From contig CAVRVY010000001.1 in assembly GCA_963724765.1 (NCBI GenBank), positions 1,280,001 to 1,344,000 on the forward strand: a stretch of 64,000 nt of DNA, read 5' to 3'. This document shows positions 41,944 through 51,899 of this stretch, piece by piece. Origin of the DNA: an uncultured delta proteobacterium. Its GTDB lineage: Bacteria > Desulfobacterota > Binatia > Binatales > Binataceae. The stretch's first letter is position 1; each line of letters begins with the position of its first letter. The notes below the pieces were generated by a model that was not told the origin of the DNA, did not search any database, and was given only the letters and a program-made list of their open reading frames with translations. A program made the position numbers and the translations under genes.

Positions 41944-44900
41944 ATGAATTCCGTGCTCGAGGCTTTTCATCCCGCCGTCCGCGCCTGGTTCGCCGAGCGC
42001 TTCGGCAATCCCTCGTCTGCGCAGACCCTGGGATGGCCGGTAATCGCCGGATGCGACGCGCCGCCCGGCCATGACGTGCTCTTGTGCGCGCCCACGGGCA
42101 GCGGCAAGACGCTCGCCGCGTTCATGTGGTCTATCGACCGGCTCTTCCGCGATGCCGAGCGCGGCGAACTCGGTGATCGCGTCTCGGTGCTTTACGTCTC
42201 GCCGCTCAAGGCGCTCGCCAACGACATCCGCGTCAACCTCGAAGAGCCGCTGGCCGGAATTCGCCAGACCGCGCATCGTATCTCCGCGATGGAGCGGGCT
42301 TTCGATAAAGTTAAACCTATACTTGAAGTGCGGGCGGGACTCCGCACTGGCGACACTACCGCCAACGAGCGCTCCGCGATGCTCCGCCGGCCGCCCCATA
42401 TCCTCGTCACCACGCCTGAGTCGCTGTTCATCCTGCTGACCTCGCCGCGCTTTCGTCAAAGCTTAAGCACCGTGCGCTACGTGATCGTTGACGAACTGCA
42501 CGCGCTCGCGCCCAACAAGCGCGGCGCGCACCTGATGCTCACGCTGGAGCGGCTGGAGCGGATGGTGCGTGCGACCGGCGCGCCGCGTCCGGCGCGAATC
42601 GGGCTCTCGGCGACGCTCAATCCGATCGAGCGGCTGGCCGGGTTTCTCGCCGGCACTGAGACGGATGCCGACGGCGCACGCCGCCCGCGCCCGGTGAAAG
42701 TGGTGCGCGCCCAGGGGTCTGACGATCGCGCTCGTGCGATGGACCTCCAGGTGATCGCGCCGGGACCCGACCTCGGCGCGCTCGCGACCCATCAGCACTG
42801 GGAGGCGATGTACGACGCGGTCGCCGCGCTGGTCCGGGAGCATCGCACGACCCTGGTCTTCACGCTCAGCCGGCGATGGGCCGAGCGGATCGCACTCAAC
42901 CTGCAAAAGCGCCTCGGCAACGACGCCGTGCTGGCGCATCACGGGAGCCTCGCGCGTGCCGAGCGCGTGGCGGCCGAGCAGCGGCTCAAGCGCGGAGAGT
43001 TGCGCGCGCTGGTCGCGACCGCCTCGCTGGAGTTGGGTATCGATGTCGGCGCGGTCGAGCTGGTCTGCCAGATCGACACGCCCAAGAGCATCTCGGCCGC
43101 GATCCAGCGTATCGGCCGCTCGGGCCATCAACTCGACGCGACGCCGAAAGGGCGCCTGTTCGCGCTCACGCTCGACGATCTGCTCGAATGTGCCGCCGCG
43201 GTGCGCGCGATCCGCCACGGCCGGCTCGACGAGGTCGAGATTCCCACCGGATGCCTCGACGTTGCGGCGCAGCAAATCGTCGCGATCGCCGCCGAAGAGG
43301 ACGAAATCGGCGAGGCCGAACTTCTGCGCCTGCTCTGCGGTGCCTACAACTTCGGCGACCTCGACCGCGACGCGCTCGTTCATCTGCTCGACCAGATGGC
43401 GGCCGAATTGCCGGCGCGGATCCAGGGGGCGGCGCCGAAAATCTTTTACGACCATATCGGCGCGCGTGTGCGCGCGCGACGCGGCGCGCGCATGGCCGCG
43501 ATCACCTCGGGCGGCACGATTCCCGAAAGCGGCAACCTCGACGTCGTGATCGAATCGCAGGGCCGCAAGATCGGCGACGTCGAGGAGGACTTCGCTCAGG
43601 AATCCTCCCGCGGCGACATCTTCGCGCTCGGCTCGATGCCGTGGCGGGTGCTCGGAATTTCGCGCAACCGTTTCCTGGTCGAGCCGGCGCCCGGGATGGC
43701 GCCGTCGCTGCCGTTCTGGCAGACCGAGGCGGCGGGCCGCTCACCCGCGCTCTCTTCTGAAGTCTCGGAACTGCGCGGCGAAATCTTCGAGCGTATCGCG
43801 CGCGGCGACGAAGACGCGGCCGCCGCGTTCCTCTCCCGCGAATGCGCGATGGACGAGCGCGCGGCGCGCCAGGCAATCGATTATGTGCGCCGCGGCCAGG
43901 GCGCGCTCGGTGCGATTCCCAACCAGCGCACGCTTGTGGTCGAGCGCTTCTTCGACGGCCTCGGCGGCACCCAGGTGGTGATTCACTCGCCGCACGGGAT
44001 GCGCGTCAACCGCGGGCTGGGGCTGGCTATCCGCAAACGCCTTTGCCAGTCGTTCGATTTCGAAATCCAGGCTTCCGCCATCGATGACGCGGTGCTGCTC
44101 GCGCTCAATGCGCGCCATAGCTTCCCGCTCGAGTCGCTGATGCCGATGATTTCCTCGCGCATGGTGCGTCACGTGCTCGAGCAGGCATTGCTGGCCGCGC
44201 CGATGTTCGAGGTGCGCATGCGCCATGTCGCGACGCGCGCGCTGGCGGTGATGCGTTCTTCGCGCGGGAGCAAGGTGCCGGCATGGATTCAGCGCCTGCG
44301 CGCGCAGGAACTCGCCGCCGCGATTTTTCCCGGGCGCGAGGCCTGTCTGGAAAATCGCCCACCCGACGTCGAATTGCCCGACCATTTCATCGCCGCCGAG
44401 ACGATGCATGAGTGCCTCACCGAATCGACCGATATCGGCCGTATCGAAGAACTGCTCCGCGCGATCGAGCAGGGCGCGACGCGGGTGGTGACCGTCGACG
44501 CCGTTGCCCCGTCGGTTTTCGCCCATCGCATCCTGCTCGCCTGGGACTACTCGTTCCTCGACGACGGCGAGCGCGCCAACCGCCGCAGCCGCACCGTCTC
44601 GCTCAACCGCGCGATGGCCGAAGACGTGCTGCGGACCGAAGACCTCTCTACGATGCTCGCCGCGGATGCGGTCGAGAGCGTCGAGGCCGAAGTGAGCGGC
44701 CGTGCGATGGCGCGCCGCGCGCGCGATCGCGACGAGCTCTACGAATTGATTCGCGCGCACGGCACGCTCGCGAGCGGCGCGCTGGAGGAACGCGTTGCCG
44801 GTGAGGCGCACGCGATGATCTCCGCGCTGGAGCGCGAGGGCCGCGTGATGCGCGCCCGCCTTTCCCCGGGCGCGCCCGAGATGCTGATCGCGAGCGAAGA

Positions 44901-46677
44901 CGTCGCGCTCTTTGCCGCTGCCTATCCCGAAGCAATCTTCGAGCGCCACCACGGGGCGCCGCCGCCCGCCGCCGCATCCGGCGCGACCGCTCCCGAAGCC
45001 GACGACGCAGAGCGTGAAATCATCCGGCGCGCGATGGCGACGTCGGGGCCGGTAGAAATAGCGGAACTGGCTGAGCGTCTGAAGATGGCGCCGGCGACAC
45101 TGGAGAGGCATCTGCTCGCGCTCGAAGCCAAGGGACTGATCTTCCGCGGCCATTTCACGCCGCGCCGCCCGGCGCTTGGCGCGACTCGCGTACGCGCCGC
45201 CACTAACGGCCCGGAGCAATGGTGCGACCGCTACAACCTGGAGAAAATCCATCGCCTGACCCTTAATCGCCTGCGCGCCGAAACCGAGCCGTGCGCCGAC
45301 CACGAGTACGCCGCCTTTCGCATGCGATGGAATCACGTGGGCGGCGCGGGAATCGCCGCCGACCAATCCGGCGTCGCCGCCGTGCTCGAACAACTATCTG
45401 GCGTCGCGCTCAGCCCAGAGCTATGGGAACGCGCGATCCTGCCGGCGCGAATTCCCGGCTATCGTCCCGAATGGCTCGACCTGCTTTGCCTTGGCGGCGA
45501 AGTGGTCTGGGCGGCGGTTCCGGGCGAAGACGCCGCCGACGAAGCGCCGGCGCGAATCACGTTTCTGCGCCGCCGTCGCGCCGGCGCCGCGCGCTCCGAC
45601 GAAGCTGCGGCAAGTGCCGCCGCCGTCGAATTCACCGACCGCGACGAGAAGCGTGTTTTTCTCGCGCTTGCCGGGGGCGGTGCGCAATATCTCGACCAGC
45701 TCGCCGAGCGCGCCGGGCTGGCGGAACGGACGGCGCTCGCCGCGCTATGGCGGCTAGCGGCCGCCGGCCGCGTATCCAACGACAGCTTCGCACCGCTGCG
45801 CTTGCTGTGGGCCGCGCCCGAAGCGGTGCGCGCGATGGCCCCCGGGGCCCATCGCCGAGCCCGCCACGACGCGGCGCTGCGCGCGCGTCTGCGCTCGAGC
45901 GTGACCGGGCGCTGGTCGGCGCTGGGCGAAGCCGCTGCCGCGACTGCCGCTGCCGGCGTTGCTGGTGACGGCAGCGCGGCCACGGCTATCGGCAACGCCG
46001 CCGCCGCGACGGCAGCCGCGGCAGCGGCGCCGACGCCCCGCGCCAGCGACTCGCAACGCGAGTTGGCCCGCGACTTGGCGCGCGAGCACGCTGAGATGCT
46101 GCTCAATCGCAACGGGATCGTGACGCGCGAGATGCTCGGGCTTGAAAGCGAGCCGATGGCATGGCACGAAATTTCGTTTGCGCTTCGCAGGATGGAATAC
46201 GCGGGAGCGATCCGGCGTGGCTACTTTGTTCGCGCGCTCTCGGGCGAGCAGTATGCGCTGCCCGCCGCGCTCGAGATGCTCGCGGCGTCGCGCAATCTCA
46301 ACTCGGCGCGCGAGCATCCCGTTGCGCTGAGCGCCGCCGACCCGGCCAATCCCTACGGCGCGGTGTTGCCTGGATGCGGCGTCGCGCGCGAGGCTGGCAA
46401 CTTCGTCGTCCTGCGGGCGGGGCGTGTGATGCTCGGGCTTGCGGGACGCGCGCTAGTGAGTCTCGATGCGCTCGACGACGAGGCCTTCTCAGCCGCTGTG
46501 GGAGCGCTTATCGAGCTTAGGCGCAAGGTCGTGGTCGAGACGATCGACGGCGCGCCCGCGCTCGCCTCGATGCGAGTCGGCGCGATGGCCGCGATGGGGT
46601 TTCATTCCGATGGCCGCGCACTGGTCTACGACGGATTGCCCGGCCCGGCGCCGGCACGCGCGGCGCTTCGCAGCTAG
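41944..46677 (+). CDS. lhr: Lhr-family ATP-dependent helicase, long form
   Basis: APTGSGKT, SPLKALAND, TTPESL, VDELH, HHGSL, SLELGID, QRIGRSGH; C-terminal RRGYFV, A.DPANPYG. Confidence 0.92.
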   Translation: MNSVLEAFHPAVRAWFAERFGNPSSAQTLGWPVIAGCDAPPGHDVLLCAPTGSGKTLAAFMWSIDRLFRDAERGELGDRVSVLYVSPLKALANDIRVNLEEPLAGIRQTAHRISAMERAFDKVKPILEVRAGLRTGDTTANERSAMLRRPPHILVTTPESLFILLTSPRFRQSLSTVRYVIVDELHALAPNKRGAHLMLTLERLERMVRATGAPRPARIGLSATLNPIERLAGFLAGTETDADGARRPRPVKVVRAQGSDDRARAMDLQVIAPGPDLGALATHQHWEAMYDAVAALVREHRTTLVFTLSRRWAERIALNLQKRLGNDAVLAHHGSLARAERVAAEQRLKRGELRALVATASLELGIDVGAVELVCQIDTPKSISAAIQRIGRSGHQLDATPKGRLFALTLDDLLECAAAVRAIRHGRLDEVEIPTGCLDVAAQQIVAIAAEEDEIGEAELLRLLCGAYNFGDLDRDALVHLLDQMAAELPARIQGAAPKIFYDHIGARVRARRGARMAAITSGGTIPESGNLDVVIESQGRKIGDVEEDFAQESSRGDIFALGSMPWRVLGISRNRFLVEPAPGMAPSLPFWQTEAAGRSPALSSEVSELRGEIFERIARGDEDAAAAFLSRECAMDERAARQAIDYVRRGQGALGAIPNQRTLVVERFFDGLGGTQVVIHSPHGMRVNRGLGLAIRKRLCQSFDFEIQASAIDDAVLLALNARHSFPLESLMPMISSRMVRHVLEQALLAAPMFEVRMRHVATRALAVMRSSRGSKVPAWIQRLRAQELAAAIFPGREACLENRPPDVELPDHFIAAETMHECLTESTDIGRIEELLRAIEQGATRVVTVDAVAPSVFAHRILLAWDYSFLDDGERANRRSRTVSLNRAMAEDVLRTEDLSTMLAADAVESVEAEVSGRAMARRARDRDELYELIRAHGTLASGALEERVAGEAHAMISALEREGRVMRARLSPGAPEMLIASEDVALFAAAYPEAIFERHHGAPPPAAASGATAPEADDAEREIIRRAMATSGPVEIAELAERLKMAPATLERHLLALEAKGLIFRGHFTPRRPALGATRVRAATNGPEQWCDRYNLEKIHRLTLNRLRAETEPCADHEYAAFRMRWNHVGGAGIAADQSGVAAVLEQLSGVALSPELWERAILPARIPGYRPEWLDLLCLGGEVVWAAVPGEDAADEAPARITFLRRRRAGAARSDEAAASAAAVEFTDRDEKRVFLALAGGGAQYLDQLAERAGLAERTALAALWRLAAAGRVSNDSFAPLRLLWAAPEAVRAMAPGAHRRARHDAALRARLRSSVTGRWSALGEAAAATAAAGVAGDGSAATAIGNAAAATAAAAAAPTPRASDSQRELARDLAREHAEMLLNRNGIVTREMLGLESEPMAWHEISFALRRMEYAGAIRRGYFVRALSGEQYALPAALEMLAASRNLNSAREHPVALSAADPANPYGAVLPGCGVAREAGNFVVLRAGRVMLGLAGRALVSLDALDDEAFSAAVGALIELRRKVVVETIDGAPALASMRVGAMAAMGFHSDGRALVYDGLPGPAPARAALRS

Positions 46678-46696
46678 ACGGGTTGACGAGCTTCCG

Positions 46697-47206
46697 ATGA
46701 CACCTGATGACAAGGGCTCGCACGACATGGGCTCGCGGGATAAAGATTCGACGGGCCTGGAAGCCCTGCAAAAGTTAATCGACCGCAGCGCCGCGTCTGC
46801 CGGCCCGGCCGCGGCCGATTCGCTCGCCTTTCCGGGGCGCCAGATGAGCGCGGCCGAGTTCGTTGAGTTCTGGCAGAGCGTGCGGTTGGTCGCGATGGCG
46901 ACGGTGGGCGAAACCGGTGCTCCGCATCTCGCACCCGTGCATGCGCGACTCGATGGTCTCGTGCTTCGGCTCGTGATCTACGACAACACGTTGCGCAGGC
47001 GCGATATCGCAGCCAATCCCCGCGTTGCGTTCACGACCTGGCGCGCCGACGGCGCGGCCGCGATCGTCTATGGTATCGCGCACGAAGTCGTCGGCAGCCT
47101 GCGTGCAGCGCGCGCGGGGCAGAGCGGAAAACCGCGCCAGGTGATCGAACTCGAGGTCAAATTGACACGGATCTACGCGATGCGCCCGCCAGATCGCGCG
47201 CCATGA
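46697..47206 (+). CDS. Pyridoxamine 5'-phosphate oxidase-like (split barrel) protein
   Basis: MATV...G.PHLAPV, RDIAANPRVA. Confidence 0.7.
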   Translation: MTPDDKGSHDMGSRDKDSTGLEALQKLIDRSAASAGPAAADSLAFPGRQMSAAEFVEFWQSVRLVAMATVGETGAPHLAPVHARLDGLVLRLVIYDNTLRRRDIAANPRVAFTTWRADGAAAIVYGIAHEVVGSLRAARAGQSGKPRQVIELEVKLTRIYAMRPPDRAP

Positions 47207-47225
47207 CGATCCTTTCGGAATAAGG

Positions 47226-47332
47226 GAGGGCCGTTCACGAACGGCCCCCGACAAAAGAATGACACCAGGCTGTTCACGAACGCTGCCAACAATTTCAGGT
47301 TCCGGTGTAGGGGCCGCTCGTGAGCGGCCCTC
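47226..47332. repeat. Inverted pair of GTAG-type REP-like palindromes
   Basis: 47306-47332 TGTAGGGGCCGCTCGTGAGCGGCCCTC; reverse complement of 47226-47253 is TGTCGGGGGCCGTTCGTGAACGGCCCTC. Confidence 0.65.
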
Positions 47333-47389
47333 TTCGAGCACGCCTAGGATGCTTGCATTCCCGCCGCACCTGCGGCTGAGATTGTGCCT

Positions 47390-47875
47390 ATGAACAAGAC
47401 GCTATGGCTCTATGGCGTGCTGGTTTTCGCAGGCGGACTGATTGGCGGAGCCCTGACCAGCGGAGTTTGCCGCTCGCGGACCGTTGCGGCCGCCCCGCCT
47501 GTCACCAACAACGATACCTCCGCGCCGCGGCGAATCGTGAGCGCCTCGGAATTCGTGGTGCTCGACGCGGCGGGCAAGGCGCGCGCGCGAATCGATGTGA
47601 ACAAAGACGGGCAGGCGGGCTTCGCGATGTACGACAGTGACAGCCACGCGCGCGCGCAGATCGTAATCGATAATCAGGGTGCGCCGAGCGTGCGGCTCTA
47701 TGATACCTCCAACAAGCTCAGGCTCTCGCTCGAAATCAGCACCGACGGAGTTCCGACCGTGCGTCTGATGGATACCAGCGACCGCGCGCGCGCAGTGATC
47801 GGCGTCGACGCCCAAGGCGAGGCGGGACTCAACTTTTACGACCAGGACGGCAGAGTGCTGCGCGAGTTGCCCTAG
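47390..47875 (+). CDS. Exported hypothetical protein with 23-aa beta repeats
   Basis: N-terminal hydrophobic segment; about five tandem units. Confidence 0.75.
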   Translation: MNKTLWLYGVLVFAGGLIGGALTSGVCRSRTVAAAPPVTNNDTSAPRRIVSASEFVVLDAAGKARARIDVNKDGQAGFAMYDSDSHARAQIVIDNQGAPSVRLYDTSNKLRLSLEISTDGVPTVRLMDTSDRARAVIGVDAQGEAGLNFYDQDGRVLRELP

Positions 47876-48010
47876 CGGCTTGCCCCGAAATGATGCGTGC
47901 CGCGCCTTGGCCAATACGGAAGCGCCACGCTATCTTCAACCCACAGCCGTGCCCCGCGCCGCTTGCGGCCTCGGACGCGTAATTTTTCCGGAAAGGACCC
48001 AGTCTGAACC

Positions 48011-50776
48011 ATGAGTAAAGACAGTTTCGGTGCGCGTACCGAGCTCAACGTCGGCGGCCGCAAGTACACGATCTTCAGCCTGCCGGCGCTGGAGCGGCGC
48101 GGCTTCGCGCTCGCGCGCTTGCCGTATTCGATAAAGGTAATGCTCGAGAACGTGCTGCGCCGCGAAGACGGCGTCGTCGTCACCGCCGACCAGGTCGAAG
48201 CCGTCGGACACTGGAGGCCGCAGCCGGGCGAGCGCGAGTTCTCCTTCATGCCGGCGCGCGTGCTGCTCCAGGACTTCACCGGCGTGCCGGTGGTGGCCGA
48301 TTTGGCCGCGATGCGCGACGCGATTAGGCGCCTGGGCGGCGATCCCTCGCGGATCAACCCGATCCAACCCGCCGATCTCGTGATCGACCATTCGGTGCAG
48401 GTCGACAGCTTCGGCACTGCCGGGTCGTTCGCGATCAACGCCCAGATGGAATTCGAGCGCAACCGCGAGCGCTACCTGTTTCTGCGCTGGGGCCAGGGCG
48501 CCTTCGACAACTTCCGCGTGGTCCCGCCCGACACTGGAATCGTGCATCAGGTCAACCTCGAGTATCTCGCCCCGGTCGTCTTCATTTCGAAGGACGGCCA
48601 CGCTTATCCCGACACGCTGCTCGGGACCGACTCGCATACCACGATGATCAACGGGCTGGGCGTAGTCGGATGGGGCGTGGGCGGAATCGAGGCCGAGGCG
48701 GCGATGCTGGGGCGCTCGATTCCGATGCTGATTCCCGAGGTGATCGGTTTCAGGTTCACCGGCGCGATGCGTGCGGGGGCGACCGCGACCGACCTGGTGC
48801 TGACGGTGACGCAGATGCTGCGCAAGCGCGGCGTGGTCAACAAGTTTGTGGAGTACTTCGGCAGCGGGCTGGGTAGCCTGAGCGTCGCCGACCGCGCCAC
48901 CCTGGGCAACATGTCGCCCGAGTACGGCGCGACGATCGGATTTTTCCCGGTCGACGATCAGACGCTGGAATACCTGCGCCTCACGGGCCGCGCCGAGCCT
49001 CAGGTGCAGCTGATCGAGTCCTATTGCAAGGCGCAGGGGCTTTTCCGCACTGCCGAGTCGCCCGATCCGATCTTCACCGACACGCTGGAGCTGGATCTCG
49101 GCACGGTCGAGCCGAGCATGGCCGGCCCGCGCCGTCCGCAGGATCGCGTGCGATTGCGCGCGTCCAAGAGCGAGTTCCGCCGCGAGCTGGCCAAGGAAGT
49201 CAGCAATCACGACGGTATCGATCCGGAACGGATCAGCAAATGGATAAACGAAGGCGGAGCCCCCGCTGTCGCGCCCCATCAGCCGATCTCTTCTGTCGAT
49301 CTCGGCCCGCTGGGGCATCGTGTTGAAGTGACGGGCGAGGGCGGTGAGCACTTCGAACTAGCGCAGGGCGCTGTGGTTATCGCCGCGATCACGAGCTGCA
49401 CTAACACCTCCAATCCGTCGGTGATGCTGGGGGCGGGGCTGCTGGCGAAGAAGGCGGTCGAGCGCGGGCTCAGCGTAAAGCCGTGGGTCAAGACCAGTCT
49501 TGCGCCGGGGTCGAAAGTGGTCACCGACTATCTCAACCGTGCGGGCCTCACCGAGTACCTGGAGCGGCTGCGCTTTAATCTGGTCGGCTACGGCTGCACG
49601 ACCTGTATCGGCAACAGCGGACCGATTCCCGAAGCGATCGCGGCCGCGGTCAAGCAGGGCGACCTGGTCGCTTGCGCGGTGTTGAGCGGCAACCGCAATT
49701 TCGAGGGCCGTATCAACCCGGTCGTCCGTTTCAACTATCTCGCCTCGCCACCGCTGGTGGTCGCGTATGCGATCGCGGGCACGATGGACTTCGATCCCGA
49801 GCGCGATTCGCTCGGCAGTGATCAGCAGGGCAACCCGGTCTACCTCCGCGACATCTGGCCGACCACGCGCGAGCTCACCGAAGCCGTCGCCGGCTCGATC
49901 GATTCCGCGATGTTCCGCAAGGAGTACGGTCAGGTGTTCGAGGGCGACGAGCACTGGCGCGGGCTGAAAGTGCCCGAGGGCAATTTGTTCCGCTGGGAGA
50001 AAGATTCGCTATACGTCAAGGCGCCGCCGTTCTTTGACGGCGTCGATGCGACGCCGCCGCCGATCGGCGACATCAAGGATGCGCGCGTGCTGGCGATGCT
50101 CGCCGATAGCGTGACCACCGATCACATCTCACCCGCCGGATCGATCGCGGACCACACCCCGGCCGGCAAGTATCTGATCGCTCATGGCGTACAGCCGCGC
50201 GACTTTAATTCCTACGGCGCGCGCCGCGGCAATCATGAAGTGATGGTGCGCGGGACCTTCGCCAATATCCGGCTGCGCAACGAGTTGGTGCCGGGCGTCG
50301 AGGGCGGCTTCACCATGCATCTGCCCGACGGCGAGCGCACCACGATTTTCGAGGCCTCCGAGCGCTACCGCACCGAGGGCGTGGCGCTGATCGTGATCGC
50401 CGGCAAGGAATACGGCTCGGGAAGCTCGCGCGATTGGGCCGCCAAGGGCACGCAGTTGCTCGGCGTGCGGGCGGTGATCGCGGAGAGCTTCGAGCGGATC
50501 CATCGCAGCAACCTGGTCGGGATGGGCGTGCTGCCGCTGGAGTTCACCGGTGGTGACACGCGCAAGAGCCTGGAGCTTACGGGGCGCGAGAGCTACTCGA
50601 TCGAAGGGCTGGCGGCGGGCGTTGAGCGGCGCCAGAAGCTCAAGGTGCGCGTCAGCGACGGCGGCCGCACGCGCGAGTTCGAGGTGCTGGCGCGGATCGA
50701 CACGCCCGAGGAAGTCGAGTACATGCGCCACGGCGGCATCCTGCCGTACGTGCTGCGCGAACTACTCCACGCGTGA
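48011..50776 (+). CDS. acnA: Aconitate hydratase A
   Basis: QDFTGVP, DHSVQ, DSHTTM, ITSCTNTS, GCTTCIGNSG, GSSRDWAAKG. Confidence 0.97.
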   Translation: MSKDSFGARTELNVGGRKYTIFSLPALERRGFALARLPYSIKVMLENVLRREDGVVVTADQVEAVGHWRPQPGEREFSFMPARVLLQDFTGVPVVADLAAMRDAIRRLGGDPSRINPIQPADLVIDHSVQVDSFGTAGSFAINAQMEFERNRERYLFLRWGQGAFDNFRVVPPDTGIVHQVNLEYLAPVVFISKDGHAYPDTLLGTDSHTTMINGLGVVGWGVGGIEAEAAMLGRSIPMLIPEVIGFRFTGAMRAGATATDLVLTVTQMLRKRGVVNKFVEYFGSGLGSLSVADRATLGNMSPEYGATIGFFPVDDQTLEYLRLTGRAEPQVQLIESYCKAQGLFRTAESPDPIFTDTLELDLGTVEPSMAGPRRPQDRVRLRASKSEFRRELAKEVSNHDGIDPERISKWINEGGAPAVAPHQPISSVDLGPLGHRVEVTGEGGEHFELAQGAVVIAAITSCTNTSNPSVMLGAGLLAKKAVERGLSVKPWVKTSLAPGSKVVTDYLNRAGLTEYLERLRFNLVGYGCTTCIGNSGPIPEAIAAAVKQGDLVACAVLSGNRNFEGRINPVVRFNYLASPPLVVAYAIAGTMDFDPERDSLGSDQQGNPVYLRDIWPTTRELTEAVAGSIDSAMFRKEYGQVFEGDEHWRGLKVPEGNLFRWEKDSLYVKAPPFFDGVDATPPPIGDIKDARVLAMLADSVTTDHISPAGSIADHTPAGKYLIAHGVQPRDFNSYGARRGNHEVMVRGTFANIRLRNELVPGVEGGFTMHLPDGERTTIFEASERYRTEGVALIVIAGKEYGSGSSRDWAAKGTQLLGVRAVIAESFERIHRSNLVGMGVLPLEFTGGDTRKSLELTGRESYSIEGLAAGVERRQKLKVRVSDGGRTREFEVLARIDTPEEVEYMRHGGILPYVLRELLHA

Positions 50777-50816
50777 GCGTGCGCGACGTATCGCGTACGG
50801 CCCGTGTCGCCGGGTG

Positions 50817-51881
50817 TCAGCTTACCTGCCTAATCGCAGGAACGAGTTCTTCTGGTGCAGATAAGGCAACCGGGATAGGCGGCAACCATCTGAGAGCCAG
50901 TCGGCGCTCGCGGACATTGGCTCGTGGACCCAGCCAGAAACTATGCCAGTGTGCACGACGAATATGTGGGACTGGCGAGGAGCGATTTGCTCCCGTCTGT
51001 CCAAGCGCCTGTCGCATTGCACAACGCAGGGGGGCACCCATTCTGTAGCCCGTTTCCCAGATCGTCGGCCCGTCGGGTGGAAAAAGGCGAGGCCCTTTAC
51101 GCGTCTGAACTGGGATTGGTCTGCCGGGCGCATTCCTGATCGCTGCCGAATCGCGGTAATCGGCGCTCTGGCTACATAGGTAGAGCAGCATTGAAATCAG
51201 AGGAGAGAGGCTAGCGGCCGCGGCAGGGGGATCAGCCGCTACCAATTGCTCATCCGCTAGCTTTGTGGCTATACCGCTCGACCAGCATATCTTCTGCTCG
51301 TAGTTTGCACGATCGATCGACGCGATGCGGCAGGCCTCTTCAAGCGTCGATACGGAAAGCGGAACCGCGATCGAATGAAGTACGCCGGCCGGGTCGTCGA
51401 GCAGAAGATGCAGTTCGGAATCGGCGTCACCGGAGCCGGTATTCAAATGTGCAAAAAATCCTTCCAGACGTTTGCCGGTCGACAGACTCCTTCCTGGCGT
51501 CTCGATATATACACACCATTCCGGCAAGTGAAAAAGAAGTTCAACTGGAAGCTGACCTTCGATTGGCGTATTCCAAACCGCTTCGGCTACGTCCGGATCG
51601 ATCCTGTAGATCCCCTGAGTGACGCGCCAGGTGGCCAGCGGAACCACCATCCGGCTGAAGCATTCCACGGAGTCGAATGAGAGAGATTTTGTCGAGTCGT
51701 TCCCGAATGGGCAAACGTGCTCGATTAGAAAAGACCCGGCTGTGGTCGATAGATAACACCAATCCGGCCATCTCGGGAGTTTCCTCCCGCGTTCGGCACG
51801 CGCAAGGTCCACGTACTTCCACAGCGCTGGCCACTGACGGCCGCATTTGACTAGGATTTGCTTGGGCCTTGGCCAGCTTAT
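50817..51881 (-). CDS. AcrVA2/FinQ-family protein; start uncertain (ATA 51881 or GTG 51812)
   Basis: WRVTQGIY, LPEWCVYI, LLYLC, PHIRRAHWHSFW.G, RWLPP motifs in the order I recall for AcrVA2. Confidence 0.75.
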   Translation of the reverse strand: MSWPRPKQILVKCGRQWPALWKYVDLARAERGRKLPRWPDWCYLSTTAGSFLIEHVCPFGNDSTKSLSFDSVECFSRMVVPLATWRVTQGIYRIDPDVAEAVWNTPIEGQLPVELLFHLPEWCVYIETPGRSLSTGKRLEGFFAHLNTGSGDADSELHLLLDDPAGVLHSIAVPLSVSTLEEACRIASIDRANYEQKICWSSGIATKLADEQLVAADPPAAAASLSPLISMLLYLCSQSADYRDSAAIRNAPGRPIPVQTRKGPRLFPPDGPTIWETGYRMGAPLRCAMRQALGQTGANRSSPVPHIRRAHWHSFWLGPRANVRERRLALRWLPPIPVALSAPEELVPAIRQVS

Positions 51882-51899
51882 CTTTGGACGATCCGATCC

